Source: Dimorphilus gyrociliatus (lineage: Eukaryota; Animalia; Annelida). Taken from it: 64,000 bases of DNA. Both the position numbers and the translations under genes were made by a program. A model generated the notes under the pieces. It was not told the DNA's origin. It worked only from the letters and a program-made list of their open reading frames with translations, and did no database searches. Below are positions 50,401 to 61,746 of this stretch, in pieces (the first letter of the stretch is position 1; each line of letters opens with the position of its first letter). The stretch covers positions 1,674,001 to 1,738,000 of the forward strand of contig CAJFCJ010000010.1 in assembly GCA_904063045.1 (NCBI GenBank), in the 5' to 3' direction.

Positions 50401-52490
50401 TGCCCTGAATAGATTCAAGGGATGATAATTACGTAATTTTACGTATACAAAGCTCGTTAAGCGTCTCAAAACGCTTTTATCAAGTGCACTTCTATTTCTC
50501 CTTCCAAGTACTCAACAACAATAAAACGTAAACATTAGTCACTTTACGTAACATTTCTTGAACTCAAAAGATACTTTTTCCAAAGAATATTCAAGACTGA
50601 GAGACAATTATTTTCTTTCTTATTCAAATTAATTATTGTTATTATTATTATTATGTTATCAATCATTTTGACGAAAATTACGCAATTTTTATATCAAATT
50701 TTAAATGGAAAAGTAATTAAATTATTTATCTTAAATGAAGTTATCCTATTCGTAATAAGATCATACAATTATTTAACTTATTATTATTATATTTTCCACA
50801 GTAGCGTCATCTAGTGAGAATAATTTTATTATAATAATTCTTATTGAATATTATAATAGAATTATTTATAAGTCGGTAATTTGGTTATAAATAAATTTAT
50901 GAATATATTAGGCAAGAAAAAAACTAGTTAAAATGTAGCTTTTAATGATTATTTCAAATAATTTAAAAGTAATATCAAAAACCTTTCTAATAACTAACAA
51001 AAGTGGTTGTTTTGGGTGATAAATGTCCGCATCCTATTGCGTGTATCACAGCAGTATATTTTATTATTTAATAACGCCCGAATGCGGAAAAAAAACCACC
51101 TAAAAGACGAAAGTGATAGCTAGTATGATCAACAACCAACTCAATTTTCAAAAGATTCATCGTATGGGTTTTACAAACGATTTTAATATATTCTATTATT
51201 TATATATAATAATCTCGTATTAAATTCATTTATTGAAAGCTTGTCATAATGAAGTAATAAATTTTTAACTTTAAAATAATTTAACGCCTAAGTAGGTCAA
51301 TTAAAAAAAACCAACTTATTCAGATAAAAAATGCTCAAGCAACATAAAAAATAGTTTGACAACTCGTGAGTAGTTTGGAAAGCTGTAGTAGAGTAGTATC
51401 ACCCATAATTTGAGACTTTTTTATGTAGATTATGAGTCATTTGTTTTATAAATTTGATTAGAATATTAGCTATATTATATCACAATTTGACGCACAAAAG
51501 CAACATTTGTTCACTTTTACAATTAGAAATTCACTTTAATAATTTCATATTGGCTAGAAGAAAGCGTTATTTTGATAATAAATCCTATAAAAGCCCTGAA
51601 ATATCAGTAAACTCCGCTAATCGAGTTCCGTTACATTTCATAACTCTCTCCGCTGATAAGAAACCTATTAGACAGTCTAATTGCCCTCAATGTTAAAAAG
51701 AATTATGTAAGATCAGACGATTCGTTGATAAAGTCTCTATGGAAGCTAAAATATCACTCTCATTTCATGGGAAACATTTGATGGTGTGTGAACGTTGTTA
51801 ACTTTACTTAATTGACTGGAAGAAAGTTTTTCTTTTGAAGAGTTTTGAAGGAAAGTTTTAAAATTAAACAAAGAAATAAGGATTAAAAAAACCAGTCATC
51901 ATCCAAAAATAGGAACACCAGACATAATTTTTTATGTAGTTGACACTTCTCAGATTGAGCTTAAAAAATTCAACTTGTCTAATGAATATTAATTACTTGG
52001 GGTATATTAAAGCTAGAGCCGGATTGAGATCTGCAGTAATCGATTGACCACTTCATTAAGGTTTTGAGGTGATTAGAGAAATATTAAGTTATAATTTTTA
52101 CTTAAACTTAGTTATATATTTTTTTTTAGATTGGAAAAAAGTCTTATTTGCTCCTTCAGCGACGATCAGTGTATTAACCGGACTACTTTTCAGGTATAAT
52201 CTCGGCCATTTGCTGATAGATTTAGCATACCCCTAATAATCTGTTCTAAAACGAATAGAATCTGCCTTAAAGTAGTCGTAAGAACCTTTTGTTAACGAAT
52301 ATTTTCAGATTAGATCATAAACTTTATAACATAATTAAGAAAGTTATTGATTTTACAGAATATTCTTGAGTTAACGTAAAAAAAAACTTTTTTTTTTTAT
52401 TTCATACGGATTGGGTGCAAAGAGCCCAAAAGAATTTTTTAGCACTTTTCTCTTGTTTCAGTCATTACGTTTAGATTTATATTTGCGAAA

Positions 52491-53467
52491 ATGAAAGAAA
52501 CAAATCACTTGGCATCTCAAGTTCTTAAAGATTTAGGATCGGACACGGAAAGATTGGAAACGTTAAGTTCTATAGCGGTTGGCAATGAAACACAGCAAGG
52601 CGTCGAAGCTGCTTCTACAGCCATAATTACTCCAGACAATGCAGATTCTACGTCAAAGCAGAAGGAAAGTGGTATGTTGGTGAGATTATTTAACGAAATA
52701 AACAGTTTGACAGAAAATTCAGAAAAAGAAAATGGCGAATCTGTCGATGAGAACGGTAATGTTCAAAAATTAACCGATGAAGCAGGTAAGGAGGAAAGCG
52801 CTTCGGAACTGCCGGAAGAATCATCTAGTACTACCAGTAATACTACTACTACTACTAATACTAATACTACGAATACTACTCGTGTACGACGACGAAAGCA
52901 AGAGCACCCGTTTAAGAGTCCAGAGAAAAATGATCCAAATTTTCGAGGTGTTCATTTCTACATGCAGAACCATCTAACAAAGGACAGAACTGGAATTGAA
53001 TTTTGCATAGGGGGACGATTCGAGTACTTGAATTTTCATCTTTTTTTAACGAGTCGATTTACTTAATTTCTTTAAATGTTTTAGTTGCAGGCGACCTGGA
53101 AAAAGACGTCAAAGTGAGGTTATAGGGGCGAAGTGTTTAATAGTAGGATCGTACGAGTATCTAGAGAGAAAGCGGAAATCAAGGCGTTTGAATCGAAAAT
53201 CATTTGTGAAGGAATGCGCATCTTGTCGGTCGAGGAAAACGCCTTTATGGAGAGATGTCGAGTCGGTACCATTATGCAACGCTTGCGGTATTAGGTAAGT
53301 TAACAAATTGTTTTTTTGAATCGTTATGTTAATTATTTATACAACGTTTGTCAAACAGATTCAAGAAATACAAGTTACGATGCGAAAACTGCTGGTCCGT
53401 TCCACGCAAGGAGAAATCTAGATTTCCGTGCGAGCAATGTGGCGGATCTATTCAAGATTACAACTAA
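52491..53467 (+). CDS. ZGLP1: GATA-type zinc finger protein 1 (ZGLP1/GLP-1-like), exons 52491-53023, 53085-53294, 53359-53467
   Basis: RRRKQEHP...DPNFRGV matches the ZGLP1 RKQLNP...DPGFEGV motif. Finger CASCRSRKTPLWRD...PLCNACGIRFKKY followed by RCENCWSVPRK...CEQCG mirrors ZGLP1 CASCRTQRTPLWRD...CNACGIRYKKY..RCSSCWLVPRK...CGRCG. An upstream exon is possible. Confidence 0.85.
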
Positions 53468-56089
53468 ATATCTATGCATTTTTGTCAAGGGAATCGAAAT
53501 TGTGCCATCCTCCTGGTGCCGGCTTCGACATCTCTCTATATCGATTTTCGCTTTCTCCCCAAACACTCTAGACGATCCGACTATTTAAACATTTCGCCCT
53601 CCTCCTTTCTCTCCCCCTCCTGCTCCTTTTTTAAAATCTGGTAGACAAAATTCTGAACTTAGCTAGGTAATTTTACCGAAGAAGACGTTCTACCCCTTCA
53701 GCGACGGTGACTCTATATGTATAAATGTTTTTTCCTGTCAGTCTCCGTGTAAATTGTTTTTGTTGTTTTTGGATAATTGTTAATTTTGATACGGCTTTTG
53801 GTACTATTTACATTGACTTTGAAAACATATAAATAAATAAAAAAATATATGCTATATATATATATGTATATATATATTAGTATATATGAATATGTGTCTT
53901 GTCCTTGTCTATTATATTGTATTATACATGGTTTTTCAGTATGTTAAGTGTATGTTGATTGTGTCTGTATATAAATTTATATATCTATCTATCTATATAT
54001 ATATGAAATGTATGTTTCTATATTTTCTAAATTTTATATATTCTATGTGTCATTACGGAAATCCTTTCCGAAAGCCATTTATGTATATACAGTAAATATA
54101 TATATATACAGTATATATGTATATATATTTCATTAAATGTGTACGCTGTTTATATAACATCTTAGCTACTGGCCGAATGTGAAGGTTAACCACTCTGCTT
54201 TACTATTCTTATAAAATGAAAAAAAGTGGCCAACTCGACCTAACCTACTTGGGAAGTGGATGAGCTTATATTTTATAATCTATCACAAGAGTCATAAGAG
54301 TGTAAAACGGATAATTTTATAAAGTGAATTAACGTCAAAACCTAACAATTCATCATTTTATATACTTAGTCGTTTATTAATGAATAATCCATAAATACCG
54401 TAAAAACGTTTACTTAGGAGGAAAAAAACTCATGAAATAGGAGTCGTAAATTTGCCCAATTTTGTTTTAACTAGGCCCTCATTAACTTTGATAATTTAGA
54501 CGTTCTCGTCTAGAATTTGCAGGACTTCAAGCTTTTAGCGGGTTTACTTTTAAATTGTGACATTTGGATTTTGAAATCGTCCAAACTTCTTTCCAAACAA
54601 ATTTTGTTTACACTAAAAAATTGTGTGATCGAGTTATTGAGATGAATCAGAGTCATTAAATTCTTAATACCTTCTTTTTTGGTTGCTAAGTTTCAGAAAA
54701 CATATGCACTAAATAGATTAGGTTCCAGTCTCTTCGGTTCTTTCTTATCGAGCTAGTAACTCGACTCGAGAATCCGGTTACACATAGGGTAAAATTCGTT
54801 AATCGATAAGGAGAAAAGATGTTTGGTTTGTCAAATTTAGAATCATAATGCCATTTCAGAATTCTGGATAACAAAATTATAGTACGTTCAACCTCGGGAA
54901 ATTACGAAGAGAGAAAAGGGTAAACTACTTTAGGACTTTGGACGCCTTCTGGCGGAAAATTGAGTAACGGTGCTCATTTTTCTCTTTACGCTCGTCGTTG
55001 AGTTAAGATTTCCTCTGACTTAAAATATACTTTGTGCTGAATTTTCTCTGCTGATAAAAGTATTACGGTAATTACAGGTATTTTGATTTTTTTTCTATTA
55101 AGATAATAGTCGACATCACTATCTGTTTTTATAAGATTGCTGTTGTATTATTCTAAACGTTCAATCTCTTATTGACAAAGTACAGCATAATATGTAATTC
55201 GTATTTTGCCCCCTATTCTATCCGTCTCCTCTTTCCTTCCCTTTTTGCTTTTTATTACTCTTTCAAGTTGGATATAGCAAGTTGTATATAGTGAGAATAA
55301 TATATCATTATAGGCTTTTATACATAGCATCATGTAATAGGGAGAATATAAGAGATTTAACGATTTGTTATTTAAATACAAGTAAAACGTTTTTCATGTT
55401 CAAAGTCTATTCCCTTAATTATTATTTAATCTCTTTAAGGTTTAAATGTAGACAAAAAAGGGAGAAAATAGAAAATCCTTATTATCTCTTTTCATATTTC
55501 TTGTAAGGATAGAAAATAAAAAAATGTATTGAGAAAAAGAGAGAGAGAGAGGGGAGGGGGAAGGGAAAGATAGAAGGAAAAATCAGTACATAAATGATCA
55601 GTATTAATGATAGATTAACTAGGTTTCTCTACTCGTTAGACTACTGGTCTGTATAACAAAAAAAACCAAGTCAATATCAAGATTAAAGGTCAATTTAGAG
55701 TGGACTAAATCTTTTTTGTAATAGAAAAGAGACAACAATTATTTATAAGGCCTAACCCAGTAATGTACTTCACATAAGACATTTTTTAAATGAATAAGAA
55801 ATTGTCAAGTACGTTCGCATGAAAAGGTCTATTTAAAAAGAATTTATGCAATTATAATATCATTTAGATTAATTTTGTGTTACACAATGAACAAATAATA
55901 AGGTGTAAAAATTTTTAAGTATGTATCAGCTGTGAAGGTGATAAAGGTCATTTAATAGATAAAGTCATACTTTTCACGTGTTTGAACAAGAATTAGAACG
56001 TTACCACGTTGTTAAGTTTTCCTCGAAACGTTCTAGTTTTTACGCACTGTTTTTGGTTTGTTTTTTTTGGAAAAGAGAGTTCAATTAAT

Positions 56090-57438
56090 ATGCATATTAC
56101 TCAAAGAGCTTTTATAAGATGCTTAAAATACCTAGTCGACTATGCTGACATTGTATTTAGTTTCATTTTTGGATGGAAATTATACGAACCTAACTTGGAG
56201 GATGTTTTGAAAAGATTAACAAAACAAGAATTAGAATTAATTAGGGAGGATAATTTCTTTATGATAAATTTACAAAAAATATTCCAAGAATTACCAAAGA
56301 TACGTGAGCTGTCTCTAACCGGGCGTTTAATGTTACGAAATAATCTATTGGCGGCAATTAAGAGACGTTGCAAGTTTGATAGATATGTTAATGAACATCC
56401 TGAAATAAAAAAAGTCGAGATAAAGAATCCAGTATTTATTGTGACTTTATTTAGAACAGGTAACTCTTGTTTTTATAAAAACGTATATAAATTATGATTC
56501 TTATTAAGACGCCCAATTACTCCACAGGAAGTACGTTTTCTCATTGTCTTCTCAGACAGGATCCAAATTGGTTTGTTACTGAGATTTGGATGCAGCAATT
56601 GTTGTGTCCCTCTCCTTCTAATCCTTTATCATCGAAAGATTTAAACAAAGTAAAAGAATGCCAAAAGAAGATAGACTCCTCTCAGGCCCTTTGTGGATGG
56701 AAGAATATCAGGTCCATGCACAACTTAACGGCCAGAGATCCCGAAGATATGCATTTTAACATAAGCATTACAGGAGTTCAGTATTGGTACTCCACATTGG
56801 ACGGGGTGGAAGATTATGTAAATTATATACATAGCCTGCCTAAATGGAGATGGGTAGAAATCTATAAAAGAGTTAAAGAGACTCTGCAATGCTCCGCAAA
56901 AGATTACCAAGATGCTAGGCCTTTATTAATGAGTCACATAGGCTTAAATAACATGGAAGCTTTACTTGAAGTTTTCCCCGACGCCCAATTTATAACATTA
57001 CACCGAGATCCAGTTAAGTCATTAAATTCAGCCATATCTCTAATATCAATATTAAGAGAGGCGTGGTACGTTTACGGTAAACAAAAATTGGATATCCTCC
57101 CCGAAAAATTTTTCAATTTGTATATCAAAGAATTAAATGAATATATGAAATTAAGGAAGAGAATAGAAGACAGAGACTGCCACCAAAGAAGATTCGTAGA
57201 TATAAAATTTAAAATTCTATTGGAGAAGCCCATTGAGTGTATGCAAGAAGTATATAAGAAATTAAATATGAAATGGAGTGATCAAGTTGCTGAGAAAATG
57301 CAGTATTATATAAAGAATCAACGTCAACATAAAAAGGCTACTCATAGGTTTGAGGTTAATAAGGATAAAAGCAAACTATACTATACGGCCTTTCGATCTT
57401 ATATTGATAAGTTCCAGGTAGATTGCGATATGAAATAG
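56090..57438 (+). CDS. Sulfotransferase of the Sulfotransfer_3 (bacterial Stf-like) type, exons 56090-56459 and 56528-57438
   Basis: EI..VEIKNPVFIVTLFRTGST (PAPS 5'-phosphosulfate loop), DPED, and LLEVFPDAQFITLHRDPVKSLNS (3'-phosphate-binding motif). The intron joins the two ORF-track fragments in frame. Confidence 0.85.
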
Positions 57439-57728
57439 AGAGTGTTCTTTTAAATACCAATTAAATACAAAAGAAAACATATAATTTTCAAATATTCTTT
57501 GCAAATCTTCTCCTTAATAAAGGATTAAACACTTGGAAAGTTAATATTAAACTATATTGTATACTGAAATTACGTAGAATTTGAGTACTAGACTTAGGGA
57601 ATGGACCTTTAGTACGTGAAATATAAGCAGATGTAGCCAAATGGCCAACTGTATGAAGATTTCTTTTGTTTACATACGGAACAATAGAACGTGGTAAACT
57701 AAAGAAAACTTAGAAGGTATTTTCTCTC

Positions 57729-57767
<39 letters not shown>

Positions 57768-58143
57768 TATATTCTTTCACCTTTATGCGATAGTTCAAGT
57801 AAGTAAAAATGTAACTGACAGTCTAAGATATCTACTAAGAAACATCTCTTAAAGTTGCCTTATTTTTACGTAAACTTATAGATGCTTAAGCACGTTAATG
57901 CAATGATTAGTAATATGAACAGACAAATCGTGTTACATTATAACGAAATGAAGAGAGAGAGAGAGAGAGAGAGAAAAAAAATAAACAGATAGACAGAGTA
58001 GTATGGTAATAAATCGATGAGGAAAAATAGCCTTGACCTTGTGTTATGTTGGTAGCCGCTAGTATAGAAACGTATATTTTTTCTTCCCACCCTATTCAAT
58101 ATAATCATATCTGATCCGTAAAAAGAATAACTCCTGAGGAATC

Positions 58144-59945
58144 ATGCCACAAGATCGAGATATTAGAAAAATTAACGAGGCCAAAGAGGAGTTTGAAGGC
58201 GTTGGTTTTAGAGTTAGAAAACCGATCGGAAACTCTCCTATCGATCCATTCATCATGATGGATCATGTTGGTAAGCAAAATACGAGATTTTTCGTATTCC
58301 TTTCAAATAGATTAAAGGAAGAGAAACAATAGAATATTTCTTTCCTGACTACGCTTAAAAAACGAGAGATTCAACTATATTTTCTTCACAGATCCTGACA
58401 GATTTGAACCGGAAGAGGCATTCGGCGCCCCTGATCATCCGCATAAAGGGTTCGTTACGCTCACGTACGTTATAGAAGGTGAAGTGGAACATAAGGATTC
58501 TTTAGGCAACACTGGTTTGTACCTTGACAAACAATTCTAGCTTCTCTAAGTCTATCAAGGCATCTTAAAGTATCATTTGTATTTTCTTATTAAGAGTACA
58601 AGCAAATTACCATGGTGCTTAATTATACAGTGTTCTCTTTTTTGTGCAAAAATTTAGCCATCCTTAAATCAGGAGATGCTCAATTAATAACGGCCGGGAG
58701 TGGCATAGTGCACTCGGAAATGCCTTCCGACAATTTCTACAAAAGGGGTGGTAAAATGGAAGGTTTCCAACTATGGATAAACGTTCCAGCTTTTGTGAGT
58801 ATTTGTATATTCAGGATACAAGAAAGAGGTGTCGCTTTTATCATTAAAAGTAAAATGATTAATGTTTAAATTATTCGTTAGACGCTCCCGATATCTTGCT
58901 TTTTTCCTCTTTTTTTTTCTATTCAGTCAGCCGTCAAAATAGTAACAACAATCATAAAAAGAACAAGAAAATAAGGCTATATTTAAATGCATTAGAAATC
59001 GATAAACAAAACAAAAAAACAAACAATAAAGTAATAAAAACTGAATAAAAAAAAGAAAAAAAAAGAACAAATTGAAACTAGCAAAATCATTTGTAAGATG
59101 TCAAAATTTTCGTTCTATTCTACAGAAAAGACTGGCTCCTCCATCTTATAATTTGGCGAAAGATGTTAAAATGCGGAATTTATCGGAAAACGTTCAATTA
59201 AGAATAGTAGTTGGCAGTTTATTGAATTTTAAAGGACCTCTGGAATGCGGCGATGTTACTGTTGTAGATATTCGAATGAATCCATTTTCGGATGCAAGAT
59301 TACCCGTTCCAGAAGGATTTTGCGCTTTTCTCTACGTATGGAGAGGAGAGGGTAAATTGAAATTTTAATTATCTTATTGTACGTTCCAGCTACACTGTGT
59401 CTAGTGGTAAACTTGTGTTCACTATTTCACCTGTATAACATTAATTTTAGTTACTTTTAATTGGATTTTATTTTTATTTTTTTAATTATCTACATATTAA
59501 AAAACGCTGATTTTGTTACATCAATCAATTATTTTTGTAAATGAGGCTTTTGTTAAAAAAAATTGAGCCGATAGATGGCGTTATTATGCTTGAGAATGTT
59601 TGTACAACTTTCTTTCATTGAAATTTAATTTATTCCTTAGGTTTGGTAACTGCTGCAAAGAAAGAGATAAAATTGTACGATTCCATCTTCTTTGAGGAGA
59701 AAGGTGAAAGTATTGTATTGAAAACGGGAAGAAGTGAAATGAACATAATAGTTGGCATGGGAAAGCCTATCGGTGAGCCGTTTCTAAAACGAGGGCCGTT
59801 TGTCATGTCGAATCAGCAGGAAATCAATAAAGCTTACGAAGAATACAGGCAGGGAAAATTGGGAACAATTCCCGGTAAAGAAAGCCGATTGGAACAGGTC
59901 GAAAAAGCGGTCGAAAAACATAAAGCTAGACTGGCAATGAAATAA
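58144..59945 (+). CDS. PIR: Pirin family bicupin, exons 58144-58270, 58392-58514, 58658-58794, 59126-59351, 59641-59945
   Basis: [47 protein letters not shown] and GPFVMS; metal ligands H-x-H and H-x-E are intact. Confidence 0.92.
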
Positions 59946-61538
59946 TAAACTATTAAAGAAAAGAAAAAGAAAATAAAAACAACTTTTAAGCAAAAAATTG
60001 TATTCTTTGAAATGCTTTATTTTCAATATTTGTTTTTCAAATTGATACATACATATATATATATAATATGCATGTTTATACTGTATAATATAGACGCTAT
60101 ACATAGCACAACAACCCGAAGACACTACATAGAGAGAAGACCAGCAAATATATTTTTTCTTTCTACTTAAACATTTAAAAACAAAAATCATTTTAAAATT
60201 TTTGATCATTTTTTGATTTTAAGTCAGATATTTTGTTTTTTTTTGGTTTGTCTTTTTTTTTAAAACAACACAAAAAAAATGGTAAATCATGGGATTCTTT
60301 TTTTTGTGTTTTATATGTTTTTGTTTGTATTTTTTGCGACTTTTACATTTTTTTCTCTTTAAAGAAACAAGATTATGGGAGAGAGAGAGAGAGAGAGAGA
60401 GAGAAAAGAGAAAAAAAACAATGGGAGGAGGGGGGTTTAACATTTATGAATATGACAATAAAAATCATATTTTTCCATTTTTTTTAATTAGCAATTTTAT
60501 AAAAATATAACTTTCAAAATTCGAAAAAGGTTAATGCATTATAATTATTATTATATAGAACGATGATAGTGATGATAATGATAATAGTATAGTTAAGGTA
60601 TGAGGGAGGGAGGGAGGAAGAAAGAGAGAAGACAAAAGTAATGTTATGTATTTTTATGTATATACTGTATATTATGAAGAGACTCAAGGCAATAATGAAT
60701 GAAAAACAAAAACAAACAAAAAACTGAGGAAAACGTTAAAAGTTTCTTTCCCCCTTTATTTTTGTCTATAAAGCAAAGAAACTTTTGGATAAAGAAAACA
60801 TATTTTTCGACGCTGTCGTTTTCTTTTATTTTTTTAAAAAAAACAAAAAAATATTTATATTAAAACTATATGTTCCCCCATTTTTTTGTCCTCTTTCAAT
60901 AAAGAATTAATAAGAATATAGAACAAAAAAAAAGACTATATTTAATAAAAAAAAAAAAAAAGTATTGTATATATACCTGTATAAATTGATATACTAATGT
61001 ACACATATATGTAAGAATGAATTGACATATATCTACACATATGTACACATGAAAAATATAAATTAAGTGATGATTAAAAGCGGATATAAAATAAACCAGA
61101 AAAATTTGCCTTTTTTTGTTTTTTAGCAGAAGATAAACTCTCCTATTATGTTTAAGGAAAAGTTCTCTCTTTTGATATGTAACTCCATTTCTCTTTACTA
61201 ATAAAGAATAAAATCATTTTAGCCCTAGTAATACGTCATTTATGTGTTATTTCTATTATTTTTTCTAGAGTCATGTAATATGCTTGTTAAACGCATATTA
61301 GATGTTTTTATACGATTTTGTATTACATATCTACAAATATACATAAATACATAAATTAATTTCTTATTCTTTTTAATGGACTAGACTGAAAAAAAGTCTA
61401 ATTAAGTCTTTTGCTATTCCGGAGATACAAGGAGGAGAAAAAACCGATAAACTGGCGGAAGAAAATGGCACGCTGAACACAATAGAACTTTTTTTTTTTG
61501 CGAACCGCCAAAAAAAGAACGAACAAAAAAAAAGTACA

Positions 61539-61570
<32 letters not shown>

Positions 61571-61595
61571 CTGTATATATACTCTATACAGTGTA

Positions 61596-61636
<41 letters not shown>

Positions 61637-61746
61637 GTATAGTATATATATATCGTAATACAGCTTCTTTCTTTTTTTTTCCAAAAAAAAAAATAATCGA
61701 AGAAAAAAAGATTGAAGAGAAGAACTAGAAATTACTTTTGAATCCC

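Noticed and set aside
54480-55000. Short open frames on both strands between ZGLP1 and the sulfotransferase
   Set aside because: No consistent splice path, start-stop structure or recognisable motif.
61373-61728. YI-repeat ORFs
   Set aside because: Translations of a (TA)n microsatellite.
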